Assembly: GCA_913063505.1 (NCBI GenBank)
Contig: CAJXYT010000001.1
Location: forward strand, 7,345-71,344
DNA length: 64,000 nucleotides
Direction of reading: 5' to 3'
From: an uncultured Gammaproteobacteria bacterium
GTDB lineage: Bacteria > Pseudomonadota > Gammaproteobacteria > Steroidobacterales > Woeseiaceae
The translations under genes were made by a program, and so were the position numbers. The notes beneath the pieces are model-generated. The model was given only the letters and a program-made list of their open reading frames with translations. It was not told the DNA's origin and searched no databases. Positions 21,446-31,845 of this stretch are shown here, piece by piece. How positions within the stretch are numbered: the first letter of the stretch is position 1; each line of letters begins with the position of its first letter.

Positions 21446-22779
21446 CGCTTCAGCGCCTCCACAGCAGCACAGAACAAGTCACCGCGCTCCGCATAGTTAT
21501 CGTATTGATCGAAACTTGCGCACGCCGGCGCAAGTAGAACCGTGTCGTCAGACTCGGCGCACTCGGCTGCCATGCTAACGGCGTTACCCATCGTATCAGC
21601 GAAGCGCACTGGCATTACAGTGTCGAGCGTATGCGCAATTTTTTCGGCATCTTTGCCGATCAGAACAGCGCCACGTAGTTTTCCTTCGACCGCGACGCCA
21701 AGGTCTCCAAAATCACCGCCTTTTCCATCACCGCCAGCGACCAGCACCAGCATTGAGTCGACTGACTCGATTGAGGCAACCGCAGCGGCAACGTTCGTCG
21801 CTTTCGAGTCGTTAATGTAGTCAACGGCGGCAACTCGCGCGACAAATTGCATCCGATGTGGCAATCCAGGAAACTCGACCAAAACCTGCAGCATTGCGGA
21901 CATATCAAGTCCGAGTAGGTCTCCTACCGCCAATGCAGCTAATGCGTTCAGTTGATTATGGGCACCGTACATGACCAGTTCGTGCGTCGACACTAGTAAC
22001 GTTCCACCACAGGCTAGGTAGACTTGATCGTTATTGATCCGTAGCCCATATTGACCGTCAGCCGGGGCATCGAGCCCGAAGCTGATCATCCGATCACAGT
22101 GTTTAATGTGCTTCAGAGCTTCTTCGTCCGCGCGATTGACAACGGCGGCTTTCGCTTCGCGGTACACGCGATACTTCGCTCGTCGGTATTCGTCTTCATC
22201 GGCGTGCCAATCCAGATGATCAGGTGACACGTTAAGTAGAACAGCCACTTTTGCCGGCAAACTTTGCGTCCGATGTAATTGAAAACTGGATAGCTCCAAC
22301 ACATAGATATCGGGCTCATCCTGAGCTAACAGGTCCAGCGCGGGTTCACCAAGATTTCCACCGGCAAGTGTGCTTCGTCCATCCGCGAGACACATATAAT
22401 AGAGCAAGGTCGTTACAGTGCTTTTACCATTCGATCCGGTGACAGCGACGAAAGGTGCATTTGCATCACGGGCAAACAACTCGATGTCAGAAACAATTTC
22501 AAGTTTCTTTTTCCGGGCTTTAACCATCAACGGATGGCTATCCGAAATACCGGGCGACGCTATGACTCTGCTAATTTCCTTTGTCAGTTTGATATCGCCA
22601 AGAACTAGCTTCGCATCGGAGGAGATTTCCCTGAGCTCGTCAACTCCAGGCGGTTTATCCCTGCTATCGAAGAACGTCGCACTGATACCGCTGCGCTGCA
22701 GGTAACGGGCGATCGATAGTCCAGTGGCACCCAAGCCGACGACCAGGTTCTTTGCAGCAGATGCCTGTGACTTATTCAT
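21442..22779 (-). CDS. murD: UDP-N-acetylmuramoylalanine--D-glutamate ligase
   Basis: VGLGATGLS Rossmann motif and the GSNGKSTV P-loop. Position in the dcw cluster fits. Confidence 0.95.
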   Translation of the reverse strand: MNKSQASAAKNLVVGLGATGLSIARYLQRSGISATFFDSRDKPPGVDELREISSDAKLVLGDIKLTKEISRVIASPGISDSHPLMVKARKKKLEIVSDIELFARDANAPFVAVTGSNGKSTVTTLLYYMCLADGRSTLAGGNLGEPALDLLAQDEPDIYVLELSSFQLHRTQSLPAKVAVLLNVSPDHLDWHADEDEYRRAKYRVYREAKAAVVNRADEEALKHIKHCDRMISFGLDAPADGQYGLRINNDQVYLACGGTLLVSTHELVMYGAHNQLNALAALAVGDLLGLDMSAMLQVLVEFPGLPHRMQFVARVAAVDYINDSKATNVAAAVASIESVDSMLVLVAGGDGKGGDFGDLGVAVEGKLRGAVLIGKDAEKIAHTLDTVMPVRFADTMGNAVSMAAECAESDDTVLLAPACASFDQYDNYAERGDLFCAAVEALKR

Positions 22780-23858
22780 CGTATTTTCAGGCTCGCAAGC
22801 CCAATCAAAACTAGGATGACGGTAATGATCCAGAATCGGACAATAATTTTTGGCTCCGCCCAGCCCTTCAGTTCGAAGTGATGATGCAGGGGCGCCATTC
22901 GGAAAACACGTTTTCCCGTTAACTTGAATGAGGCAACTTGGATAATGACCGAGAGGGTTTCGGCAACAAAAATGCCGCCCATGATCGCTAGAACCATTTC
23001 CTGTCGCACAATAACTGCAACCACGCCGAGTGCAGCGCCCAGAGATAGGGCGCCGATATCACCCATGAACACTTGCGCCGGGTATGTATTGAACCAAAGA
23101 AACCCCAATCCGGCGCCCGCCATCGCAGCACAAAACACCATAATCTCTCCGGCGCCCGCTACATAGGGAATACCCAGATATTCGGAAAAATTCGTGTTAC
23201 CCGTTACGTATGCAAAAAGTCCAAGCGCCCCACCAACTAATACCGTTGGCATAATCGCAAGGCCGTCTAGACCGTCTGTCAGGTTGACCGCGTTACTGAA
23301 GCCCACAATAAAAAAGTACGTTACGACGACTTGAAACATGCCAAGTGGGATCGAAAGATCCTTGAAATACGGAATCAATAATGAGGTCTGCGCCTCATCA
23401 GTCGCCGTAACATACAGAGCAATGGCGGCTATAAGAGCCACACTAGACTGCCAGAAGAGTTTTTGCTTCGCCGAAATACCAGCGGGGTCTTGCATTATGA
23501 GTTTCTTGTAGTCGTCGATGTAGCCGATGACGCCAAAAGACAAAGTAACAAAGAGTACAATCCAGACGTAGTGATTCTCGAGATCAGCCCACAACAACGT
23601 CGCTATAGAAATCGCCGTCAAGATTAGCGCACCACCCATTGTCGGCGTACCCGCTTTTAGTAAATGAGTTTTCGGACCATCCTCACGAATGGGTTGACCG
23701 ATTTGATTGGCAATCAAACTCTTGATCATTTTCGGGCCGACCATGAAGCAGATTATCAACGCTGTTAGCGCACCGAGAATCGCACGCATAGTCAGGTAAT
23801 TGAAAACGTTAAAACTGGATTCGAACTGTGCGAGATATTCTGTGAGATAGAGCAACAT
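22776..23858 (-). CDS. mraY: Phospho-N-acetylmuramoyl-pentapeptide transferase
   Basis: 360-aa membrane ORF with the MraY motifs [13 protein letters not shown] and HHHFEL. Confidence 0.97.
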   Translation of the reverse strand: MLLYLTEYLAQFESSFNVFNYLTMRAILGALTALIICFMVGPKMIKSLIANQIGQPIREDGPKTHLLKAGTPTMGGALILTAISIATLLWADLENHYVWIVLFVTLSFGVIGYIDDYKKLIMQDPAGISAKQKLFWQSSVALIAAIALYVTATDEAQTSLLIPYFKDLSIPLGMFQVVVTYFFIVGFSNAVNLTDGLDGLAIMPTVLVGGALGLFAYVTGNTNFSEYLGIPYVAGAGEIMVFCAAMAGAGLGFLWFNTYPAQVFMGDIGALSLGAALGVVAVIVRQEMVLAIMGGIFVAETLSVIIQVASFKLTGKRVFRMAPLHHHFELKGWAEPKIIVRFWIITVILVLIGLASLKIR

Positions 23859-23860
23859 GA

Positions 23861-25219
23861 TCAGAGCTCCTCTCTCTCAGGGTCAACAACTTGTAATGCA
23901 TCGATGACACGCTCCATTCGCATTGAGCGAGAACCTTTTACGAGTACGTTCGTCGCACTCCCCGCGGTCTTTGCATCCTCGATAAGTGTCTTGATATCCG
24001 AGTACCAGTTGGCACCCTCGCCGAATGCTTCAGCGCTAGCTTTCGAAAGGTCGCCAAGCGCGAGCAAACGATCAATGCCGTTTGCCCGTGCTGACGCTCC
24101 AATCTCGCGATGCAAATCCTTTGCATCGTTTCCAAGTTCTTTCATGTCACCCAATACGAGCCAGCTTTCTCCTTCAAGACCCGCAAGGAATTCCGCCGCC
24201 GCCATGGTCGATAACGGATTTGCGTTGTAACTGTCGTCGAACAGCGTGCAGCCATTGATACCCGCAAGGGGCTGTAACCGGCCAGCAATGGGCCGAATAC
24301 TTTCCAACGCAAATTTGATTTGCTCCGCGTCCACGTCCAGTGCCGTTGCCACAGCCGCTGCGGCGCAGGCATTCTGAACGTTATGCAGTCCAAGCAACGG
24401 CAGCGACACGTTGATACTGGTGTTCGGCAGATGTAAATCGAAAGTGGTAAACGCCGAATTCAATTCGATATTATCGGCCGTGATATCGGCCGCTGCCGTG
24501 AGTCCGAAACTCAAGGTTTTGACATCATCAACTAGCGATGCCCAGTAGCCGTAGTAGTCATCATCGGCGTTCAGAACAGCAAAAGTTGGCCGCTCTTCCG
24601 TCTCGAGAATCTCGCCCTTGGCGCGCGCGACCCCCTCAATCGACCCGAAGCCCTCAAGGTGAGCAGCGGCGGCATTAGTGATTACAACTACGTCAGGATT
24701 CGCAAGCGAAGAGAGATACGCGATTTCGCCAACATGGTTTGCCCCCATTTCGATGACGGCGTACTCGTGTTCCGCACTGATACGAGCAAGCATCAAAGGC
24801 ATGCCGATCTCATTGTTCAAATTGCCGTGTGTCGCAAGCGTCGGCGCTTTCATGCTGAGACAGGCAGCGACAAGCTCCTTCAAAGTTGTCTTGCCATTGC
24901 TGCCAGTTATACCAACAACACACACGTCTTGACCGTTCCGCCAGGCTGCACCGAATCGGCCAAGCGCCAAGCGAGTATCGTCCACTTTTATTTGTGTAAT
25001 CTGATCTGCAGCGTCGTTGCTTACGACTGCGCCGGCCGCTCCATTCAAGTTGGCACTTCCCGCATGCTCATGACCGTCGAAGTTGGGCCCCTGCAATGCG
25101 AAGAACAGTTCGCCATCTTGGATGGTCCGCGTGTCTGTGCTGACTCCACTAAAGTTTCGGTCTTCTCCGCAAAGTACCCCGTTCATGCAGTCCGCAGCCT
25201 GTGCCAGCGAGTTGATCAT
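23861..25219 (-). CDS. murF: UDP-MurNAc-tripeptide--D-Ala-D-Ala ligase
   Basis: [11 protein letters not shown]-loop and dcw position. Confidence 0.95.
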   Translation of the reverse strand: MINSLAQAADCMNGVLCGEDRNFSGVSTDTRTIQDGELFFALQGPNFDGHEHAGSANLNGAAGAVVSNDAADQITQIKVDDTRLALGRFGAAWRNGQDVCVVGITGSNGKTTLKELVAACLSMKAPTLATHGNLNNEIGMPLMLARISAEHEYAVIEMGANHVGEIAYLSSLANPDVVVITNAAAAHLEGFGSIEGVARAKGEILETEERPTFAVLNADDDYYGYWASLVDDVKTLSFGLTAAADITADNIELNSAFTTFDLHLPNTSINVSLPLLGLHNVQNACAAAAVATALDVDAEQIKFALESIRPIAGRLQPLAGINGCTLFDDSYNANPLSTMAAAEFLAGLEGESWLVLGDMKELGNDAKDLHREIGASARANGIDRLLALGDLSKASAEAFGEGANWYSDIKTLIEDAKTAGSATNVLVKGSRSMRMERVIDALQVVDPEREEL

Positions 25220-26718
25220 TCGCTCACCTCCCAGGACTTAGCCGCGCGATTTGCCAACGCGATATCGGAAAACGGCCGGCATTTGCCGTTCACTTCCTGA
25301 TAGTTCTCATGACCTTTGCCTGCGATCAGCACAAAATCACTTGGGGCCGCGTTCGCGATCGCCCATGAAATTGCCGCTGCTCTATCCTCAATGATCGTTG
25401 CATTCTCTACCTCTGTCAGCCCACTGACGATATCGTTAATAATTTCCGTTGGGCCCTCAGAGCGCGGATTGTCACTTGTTATTACGACTCGATCCGCTAG
25501 TCGCTCCGCCAGCTTTGCCATCAATGGGCGCTTACCTATGTCACGTTCGCCGCCACAGCCGAAGACACACCAAAGTTCTCCGCGACAATGAGGGCGCAGT
25601 GCCTTCAGCGCCGATTCGATCGCATCCGGCGTATGCGCGTAATCGATATACACCGCACGATCCGTCCTTGGCGCTCTCTGCATACGACCAGATGGCGCTT
25701 CAGTCAAACTCATGACATCAGATGCTTTGTCGAGATCTACGCCGCTAGCGAGCAGGTAGGCGAGAACTATCGCGGCGTTCGCAACATTGAAGTCACCTGG
25801 CAATGGCAACATGAATTCTCCATCGCCCCAAGAGCTCGTAAATGATATGTCGGAGCCCTGCTCATTCGCGACAACTGATCTCACGAAGACGAAGGGTCGT
25901 CCGTTCGCAACGCGATCGAAATGTGTAGATACGGTAACGACGTCCTGGCCGCAGCGTGCCGCCAGATCCATACCATAAGACGAATCAAGGTTTATGATCT
26001 TTAGCCTCGGTCCATGCTCGAGAAACAGTCTTGCTTTACTGTCAAAATACGCCCGCATATCGCCGTGATAATCGAGGTGATCGCGCGTCAGATTGGTGAA
26101 AATCGCGGCATCAAATTGCACACCGTTAACCCTACCTTGCGACAATGCGTGCGAAGAAACCTCGATAGCCACAGACGTGGCACCGGCATCAACAAACTCA
26201 GCGAGTCGGCCATGCAACTCAATGGCTGCTGGCGTGGTCATACCCGCTATTTTGTCCAGCTCATCTATGCCGGAACCCAAGGTGCCGACGTAGGCGCAAC
26301 GATCATCCAGTTGCTGCAAACATTGCGCCAATAGCCAAGCAACCGTCGTCTTGCCATTGGTTCCTGTAACGCCAATGGTTTGCAGAGCGTGGGAAGGACT
26401 TCCGTAAAATCTGTTTGCTATTTCACCAAGATGTGAAGCCAGATTGTCGACTGTGATCATAGCTATGCCGGTAGCCGCTGGTGCAGCCGCCGTACTTGGA
26501 TCCCATGCGACAGCAGACGCGCCAGCAGCTACTGCTTCCTGTAAATAATCGAGTCCATGGCTACTTATTCCCTCGCATGCGAGGAATAGATAACCATCCC
26601 TCACTTGTCGGCTATCGCTGGTGATCCCGGTTACACAAAGAGCTGGTGCATCGGCAAATCCGTGCAGTAATTTGGACAGTGATGGTGATGAATTCATCTG
26701 CATCGCCGGCACGCTCAT
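25216..26718 (-). CDS. murE: UDP-MurNAc-L-Ala-D-Glu--meso-DAP ligase
   Basis: GVTGTNGKTT and the DNPR motif (TSDNPRSE). dcw position fits. Confidence 0.95.
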   Translation of the reverse strand: MSVPAMQMNSSPSLSKLLHGFADAPALCVTGITSDSRQVRDGYLFLACEGISSHGLDYLQEAVAAGASAVAWDPSTAAAPAATGIAMITVDNLASHLGEIANRFYGSPSHALQTIGVTGTNGKTTVAWLLAQCLQQLDDRCAYVGTLGSGIDELDKIAGMTTPAAIELHGRLAEFVDAGATSVAIEVSSHALSQGRVNGVQFDAAIFTNLTRDHLDYHGDMRAYFDSKARLFLEHGPRLKIINLDSSYGMDLAARCGQDVVTVSTHFDRVANGRPFVFVRSVVANEQGSDISFTSSWGDGEFMLPLPGDFNVANAAIVLAYLLASGVDLDKASDVMSLTEAPSGRMQRAPRTDRAVYIDYAHTPDAIESALKALRPHCRGELWCVFGCGGERDIGKRPLMAKLAERLADRVVITSDNPRSEGPTEIINDIVSGLTEVENATIIEDRAAAISWAIANAAPSDFVLIAGKGHENYQEVNGKCRPFSDIALANRAAKSWEVSE

Positions 26719-28457
26719 TGACTCACGTTCCGAGGTGCCATTGCCTGCATGACGTTACCGGGATCCCGAGCAGGCATCGCGTCGGGCGGCACTGCCAGCA
26801 ACCGTAAGGATTCTGACATTACATCCGCGAAAATTGGTGCTGCGACATCGCTACCGTAATACAGCTCACCGCTGGGCTCATCAATGACCACGACTGTTGC
26901 TAGCCGCGGTGCGCTGGCCGGTGCCAGTCCAGCAAAGATTGAAAAGTATTTGTCTTGTGAATGGCCTCCTTTCGCGGCCTTCCAAGCTGTTCCGGTCTTG
27001 CCTGCAATCCGGTAGCCATCGACCGAAGCTTTCGCGCCAGTACCGCCTGGCCGAACCACTTCTTCCAGCATACGTCGCACCGCATTCGCTGTGTCATTCG
27101 ATACAATGCGCTCACCTCGGACTGCCTCTTCAACTGCAAACAATGAGACGGGCTGCATAATGCCGCCATTGCCGATCGCAGCATAGGCCTGGGCGAGTTG
27201 CAATGGCGTCACTGCTACGCCGTAGCCGTATGCAATAGTTGCTTGAGAAATAGGACGCCAATTACTGTAATGCGTCAACATGCCTGCAGACTCACCGGGA
27301 AAGCCGCTGCTTGTCATTTCACCAAGTCCGAATTGAGATATTGTTCCCCACAGCTGATCTGATTGCAGAGTCATCGCCAGTTTGGTTACACCAACATTAC
27401 TGGAGCGTGCGAGTATGGTTGTCAGGCTGATGCGGCCAAGGTTTCGGTGATCTTCGATTTTCTTGGCGCCGACAGTTATGTGTCCTGGTGAGGTATCGAC
27501 CACGCTACTCGGACGGTATTGGCCGCTCTCAAGCGCCGCTGCAATAATCAGAGGCTTGATGCTCGAGCCTGGTTCAAAAATATCGGTGATGGCTCTGTTT
27601 CTGTAGCGTTCTGCCACGAATTGCGATCGATCGTTTGGGTTATAGGTGGGCTGATTCGCCATCGCCAACACCTCGCCCGTCTGAACATCCAAGATGACCA
27701 CTGAGCCAGAGCGTGCGTTATGTGTTTTCACTGCAACTTTTAGTGTGCGATACGCAAGGTACTGCAACCTGAGGTCGATGCTTATTCTGAGGTCCTTGCC
27801 ATGACGTGGGGGACGTATGCTTTCGACATTTTCTATCGATCTACCCAGACGATCCTTCAAAACTCGCTTTGCACCAGACTCGCCTTCGAGCCAATGATTC
27901 ATCGCAAGCTCGAGTCCCTCCTGACCTTCATCATCAATATTTGTAAAACCGACCAAGTGCCCCGTAACTTCCGACGCCGGATAGTAACGACGGTACTCCC
28001 GCTGAACGTTAATACCGGGCAATTTAAGCGCCATTACGCGCAATGCCGGACTGGGATTCAAATGCCGTTTGAGGTAAAGAAATTCCTTATCCATGTTGCG
28101 TGTGATTCGACGCATCAGTGTCTCTGAATCGACACCAAGAGCCTTAGCGAGCTGTGGAATTTTTTCGATAGAACTAGCGAATTCTTTTGGGTTAGCCCAA
28201 ATGCTGTCGACAGGAGTGCTAATCGCGAGCGGCTCACCGTTTCTGTCGAGTATGTTGCCGCGATGTGCCGAGATCGATTCCGTACGCAGATGACGCGTGT
28301 CAGCCTGTCGGTTCAGAAAGTCCTTATCAAGGACCTGCAACTGAACCGCACGTACCATCAGCAATGATGCCGCCAGCGCAAAAAACGCCATCACCAGCGT
28401 CACTCTGCCGCTGATCCGTTGTGCAGTTTTTTGTTTTTTTTCTGCTCCGCGTGTCAT
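26715..28457 (-). CDS. ftsI: Division-specific transpeptidase PBP3
   Basis: 580 aa with an N-terminal TM segment, SSIKP (SxxK), SSN and KTGT motifs. Confidence 0.96.
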   Translation of the reverse strand: MTRGAEKKQKTAQRISGRVTLVMAFFALAASLLMVRAVQLQVLDKDFLNRQADTRHLRTESISAHRGNILDRNGEPLAISTPVDSIWANPKEFASSIEKIPQLAKALGVDSETLMRRITRNMDKEFLYLKRHLNPSPALRVMALKLPGINVQREYRRYYPASEVTGHLVGFTNIDDEGQEGLELAMNHWLEGESGAKRVLKDRLGRSIENVESIRPPRHGKDLRISIDLRLQYLAYRTLKVAVKTHNARSGSVVILDVQTGEVLAMANQPTYNPNDRSQFVAERYRNRAITDIFEPGSSIKPLIIAAALESGQYRPSSVVDTSPGHITVGAKKIEDHRNLGRISLTTILARSSNVGVTKLAMTLQSDQLWGTISQFGLGEMTSSGFPGESAGMLTHYSNWRPISQATIAYGYGVAVTPLQLAQAYAAIGNGGIMQPVSLFAVEEAVRGERIVSNDTANAVRRMLEEVVRPGGTGAKASVDGYRIAGKTGTAWKAAKGGHSQDKYFSIFAGLAPASAPRLATVVVIDEPSGELYYGSDVAAPIFADVMSESLRLLAVPPDAMPARDPGNVMQAMAPRNVSQ

Positions 28458-28741
28458 GGCCGTTCAATTACATAGATTTCTGTTGATGCAGGTCGCACAA
28501 GGGACAAGTCATCAGTCGCAACCCGTTCAATTCGTGCATGCGTGGCCCAAGTGCTTTGTTCAATTTGCAGCTGGCCCCATTCGATGTTCAGTTCATCTCG
28601 TTCGTGCGTAAGCCCTTCGAGCTCTATGAACAATTCTCGTGACTCGTGCTTCGTGTACACCAATGCCATCGAGCTCAAGACGCACACGAGAGCGAAAACA
28701 AATACCAGCAGAAACGGCTGTCGCGATTTTGTCGGCTGCAT
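28454..28741 (-). CDS. ftsL: Cell division protein FtsL
   Basis: 95-aa bitopic protein with a leucine-zipper-like region, between rsmH and ftsI. Confidence 0.88.
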   Translation of the reverse strand: MQPTKSRQPFLLVFVFALVCVLSSMALVYTKHESRELFIELEGLTHERDELNIEWGQLQIEQSTWATHARIERVATDDLSLVRPASTEIYVIERP

Positions 28742-29676
28742 CAGTCACGTTCCCCGATTCTGAGGCGAGCACTGCGCGATCTTCGATTCGTCTGAATCTC
28801 ATCATCCGTCGCCACAACAACCTTACCGATGGTCTTCATCTTTGGTCGAAACTCGTCCGGTATCGTCGGCATTCCACGGTACTGCTCTGGCTCACGCGAC
28901 ATATCGCGTATGAAGCGCTTTACCATTCGGTCTTCCAGCGAGTGAAAACTGATCACACAAAGCCGACCACCTTTTCTCAATACGTTCATCGACTGGTACA
29001 AGAGCGCTTCTAATTGCTCGAGCTCACCGTTGATCGCGATACGAATCGCCTGAAAGGTTTTCGTCGCGGGATGTTTCTTCTTGGCGCGCACTTTGGCCGG
29101 TACTGCCGCCTCAACGATCGTCGCAAGTTGTACTGTTGTCTCTATTCGCGAATTCACGCGTGCATCGCAAATAGCACGTGCGATTCGTAATGCGTGAGTC
29201 TCCTCACCAAATTTTCGCAAAACGTGTATCAATTCTCTTTGTTCCACATTTGCAATGAAGTCGCACGCGGACGTACCCGAGTCCGGATCCATTCGCATAT
29301 CGAGCGGGCCGTCGCGGAGGAAACTGAAGCCTCTATGGGCCTCATCCAGTTGCGGTGAGGAAACTCCAAGGTCGAAGAGGAGTCCGTCCACTTCTCCCTG
29401 TAGATTCCTTTCTTCAATGAGTTTCTGAAGTTGCGCACTTTCACCCCTGATCAGTTCAAATCGCGGATCGTCAGTCAGGATTTTCGGTGCTGAAGCTATA
29501 GCGTCCGGATCTCGATCGATGCCGATCAACCTTCCGCTCGAATTAAGGTGCTTCAGTATTTCCCCACTGTGACCACCGCGGCCGAACGTTCCATCGACGT
29601 AACAGCCGTCTTTTTTTATATCCAGCCCTTCAAGGACTGGCCCCAGCAGCACCGGGACATGCTCGTTGCTGCTCAT
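28741..29676 (-). CDS. rsmH: 16S rRNA m4C1402 methyltransferase
   Basis: HVPVLL...YVDGTFGRGGHS motif typical of MraW/RsmH. Confidence 0.96.
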   Translation of the reverse strand: MSSNEHVPVLLGPVLEGLDIKKDGCYVDGTFGRGGHSGEILKHLNSSGRLIGIDRDPDAIASAPKILTDDPRFELIRGESAQLQKLIEERNLQGEVDGLLFDLGVSSPQLDEAHRGFSFLRDGPLDMRMDPDSGTSACDFIANVEQRELIHVLRKFGEETHALRIARAICDARVNSRIETTVQLATIVEAAVPAKVRAKKKHPATKTFQAIRIAINGELEQLEALLYQSMNVLRKGGRLCVISFHSLEDRMVKRFIRDMSREPEQYRGMPTIPDEFRPKMKTIGKVVVATDDEIQTNRRSRSARLRIGERD

Positions 29677-29691
29677 GAAATGATCAGCCTC

Positions 29692-30141
29692 TTAGAATGA
29701 AATGGATTCGAGGTCGGCCGGCATATCGCCGTCGTCCTCGTCGCTAAGCCATGCGTCGCGCTTTTCGTTCCAGGTTGCTTCATCCCACAATTCAAACTTA
29801 TTGCCCTGACCTATCAGCATTCCCTGCTTATCGAGGCTGGCGAATTCCCTGAGTTCTTTCGAAACGAGAATTCGGCCATTACCATCCATGTCGACCTCGG
29901 TTGCATAACCGACCATAATCCGCACTATTCGACGTGCGACCTTGTTCATGCTGGGCAATCGCACTAACTTGCGCTCGAGCTCTTCCCAGTCGGGCAGCGG
30001 GTACACGAGGAGGCAGTGGTCCTTGTCCACAGTCACAATCAACTCACCCTCACAACGAGCAGACAGCCGCTCCCGATACCGGGTTGGTATTGCCATACGC
30101 CCCTTGGCGTCGAGTGATACTTTTGTAGCCCCTCTAAACAC
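29692..30141 (-). CDS. mraZ: Transcriptional regulator MraZ
   Basis: GTG at 30141 gives (M)FRGATKVSLDAKGRMAIPTRYRERL, against E. coli [26 protein letters not shown]. The track ORF extends artificially to 30210, into the operator repeats. Confidence 0.93.
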   Translation of the reverse strand: MFRGATKVSLDAKGRMAIPTRYRERLSARCEGELIVTVDKDHCLLVYPLPDWEELERKLVRLPSMNKVARRIVRIMVGYATEVDMDGNGRILVSKELREFASLDKQGMLIGQGNKFELWDEATWNEKRDAWLSDEDDGDMPADLESISF

Positions 30142-30195
30142 AGTGATTCGGACTTGCCAGGAATCGCTTTTCTGACGCGATATCCGGGCGCTAAG

Positions 30196-30220
30196 CCCAT
30201 CTCCTCCCACTTTTTTCCAC
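30196..30220 (-). promoter_or_regulatory. Putative MraZ operator: three direct repeats at 10-bp spacing
   Basis: The minus strand reads GTGGA-n5-GTGGG-n5-ATGGG (30220-30216, 30210-30206, 30200-30196). The repeats lie just downstream of the predicted Pmra -10 and resemble the TGGGN repeats with 5-nt spacers described for the E. coli MraZ operator. Confidence 0.6.
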
Positions 30221-30228
30221 CTTTCAAC

Positions 30229-30257
30229 ACTATAGAGATGGCCCTGATTATGTGCAA
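30229..30257 (-). promoter_or_regulatory. Putative sigma-70 promoter of the dcw cluster (Pmra)
   Basis: The minus strand reads TTGCAC (30257-30252), a 17-nt spacer, then TATAGT (30234-30229), about 90 nt upstream of the mraZ start. Confidence 0.55.
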
Positions 30258-30440
30258 CAACATGTACTGATTAATTGTTGTTGTACAGGGACTTAGGGCA
30301 ATTCGATGGCCCAAATCAGGCGAAAAGTGGCGGTATCTGCGCTAGGAAAATCAATTACTTATAGATGCTTATTAAATGCGACCTTACGACGAGATCGGAT
30401 TTCGGAGACAACTGGTACTTTAGGGGTAAATCAAACGCTC

Positions 30441-30457
30441 GGCGCGCAATTCGCGCC
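30441..30457 (-). terminator. GC hairpin downstream of rnpB (possible terminator or processing stem)
   Basis: GGCGCG-caatt-CGCGCC, about 60 nt past the rnpB 3' end. It is followed on the minus strand by a T-containing but weak tract (GAGCGTTTGATTT). Confidence 0.35.
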
Positions 30458-30519
30458 AAGGCTAACCATCACAGCACGAGAGTCATTGCATCTCATTGAT
30501 CTTAAAGGATAAAAGGAAG

Positions 30520-30903
30520 GTGAGAAAGCCGGAGCCAGCAATAAGCCGGGTTCTGTCGAGAACAATCATTCATCTGGGATGACTGTCACCAGCCACCTCA
30601 AGCAACCTACCCGGGAGTCCGCTCGGGACCGACGGTGCAAGCTAAGCCTGCATACTCCCCTATTTGGTCTTGCTCCGGGCGGGGTTTACCATGCCACGAA
30701 CCGTTACCGGTCGCGCGGTGCGCTCTTACCGCACCTTTTCACCCTTACCGACGATGATCCGAGGATCGCGCCGGCGGTATATTTTCTGTGGCACTTTCCA
30801 TAGGCTCGCGCCTCCCAGGCGTTACCTGGCGCCCTGTCCGAAGGAGCCCGGACTTTCCTCTATAGCGAACTACAGCGATTGTCTGGCCAACTCCGGCTTT
30901 CTC
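30520..30903 (-). ncRNA. rnpB: RNase P RNA, bacterial type A
   Basis: The reverse complement contains the universally conserved blocks GAGGAAAGTCCGGGCTCC, GGTAACGCCTGGG, GGTAAGGGTGAAA, GGTGCGGTAAGAGCGCACC, AGCAAGACCAAATAGGGG and ACAGAACCCGGCTTA. The P1 helix GAAAGCCGGAG/CTCCGGCTTTC closes the molecule. The ends are accurate to about 5 nt. Confidence 0.95.
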
Positions 30904-30915
30904 GGCGGCGAGTCT

Positions 30916-30944
30916 ACTGTATTTTGCCGCCAGTAATGCAGCAA
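30916..30944 (-). promoter_or_regulatory. Putative rnpB promoter
   Basis: The minus strand reads TTGCTG (30944-30939), a 17-nt spacer, then TACAGT (30921-30916), about 12 nt upstream of the P1 5' strand. Confidence 0.45.
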
Positions 30945-31008
30945 ATCATCTCAGGGCAATTGACAGCTAACTTGTCATTAATGATCTAGTGGCTGGGTGA
31001 GGTGTTAG

Positions 31009-31845
31009 TTATAGTCCATCTTTGAGCTCAAGTAGCCTTTCATACAACGCATTTCGCTTAAGGCCTGTGGCGTCAGCTGCAACCTTGGCCGCATCCTTTG
31101 CAGACAAGTGCTTACAAAGCGCCCGCAACAGACGATCAACCTCCAATGGCGATTCGTGCTCCTCTGCGGACCCCGACACAACGATGACGAATTCACCCTT
31201 CCGAACGATGGTCCCGTCCCCGACCTTCCTTTGCAGTGCTTGCAACGATTCCTGAATGCATTGTTCATGCATTTTTGTCAGTTCCCGGCCGATGAATGCC
31301 TGTCGGTCCGGACCGAAAATGTCGACCATATCGTCCAGACACTCAACGATCCGATGTACTGATTCGTAAATTATTATCGTGCGACGCTCGCTGGCAAGCT
31401 TTTCCAACCAGTCTTTTCTGGCGATGCGTTTCGATGGCGCAAATCCCTCGAAGCAAAATCGGTCGGTCGGAATTCCCGCCGCTGACAGCGCCGCAATACC
31501 AGCGCTCGCACCCGGAATCGGAGAAACGACGACACCGTGCTCATGCGCTGCACGGACGAGTCGGAAACCCGGGTCGCTGACTAAGGGGGTTCCCGCATCA
31601 CTAACCAGTGCGACGTTATCGCCTGCTTCAAGTCGTTCGATAATGCTACCGACGATCTTTTCTTCATTATGATCGTGCAATGCCATAAGTCTCGTCTTAC
31701 AGCCGATATGCATTAGCAATCGCCCGGTGTGCCGAGTATCCTCGGCTGCAATAAGACTCACCTCAACGAGCGTTTGGCGTGCTCGAGGTGTTAAGTCTTC
31801 AAGATTGCCGATCGGCGTTGCAACAATGAAAAGTGTGCCGTTCAT
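31009..31845 (-). CDS. rsmI: 16S rRNA 2'-O-methyltransferase (C1402)
   Basis: MNGTLFIVATPIGNLEDLTPRA is the canonical RsmI N-terminus. Start trimmed from 31914 to 31845. Confidence 0.93.
   Translation of the reverse strand: MNGTLFIVATPIGNLEDLTPRARQTLVEVSLIAAEDTRHTGRLLMHIGCKTRLMALHDHNEEKIVGSIIERLEAGDNVALVSDAGTPLVSDPGFRLVRAAHEHGVVVSPIPGASAGIAALSAAGIPTDRFCFEGFAPSKRIARKDWLEKLASERRTIIIYESVHRIVECLDDMVDIFGPDRQAFIGRELTKMHEQCIQESLQALQRKVGDGTIVRKGEFVIVVSGSAEEHESPLEVDRLLRALCKHLSAKDAAKVAADATGLKRNALYERLLELKDGL

Noticed and set aside
30306-30512. A 68-aa ORF on the + strand between the mraZ promoter and rnpB.
   Set aside because: It has no RBS and no recognisable motif. It overlaps the rnpB 3' flank and terminator hairpin on the other strand. 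Its composition resembles non-coding spacer.
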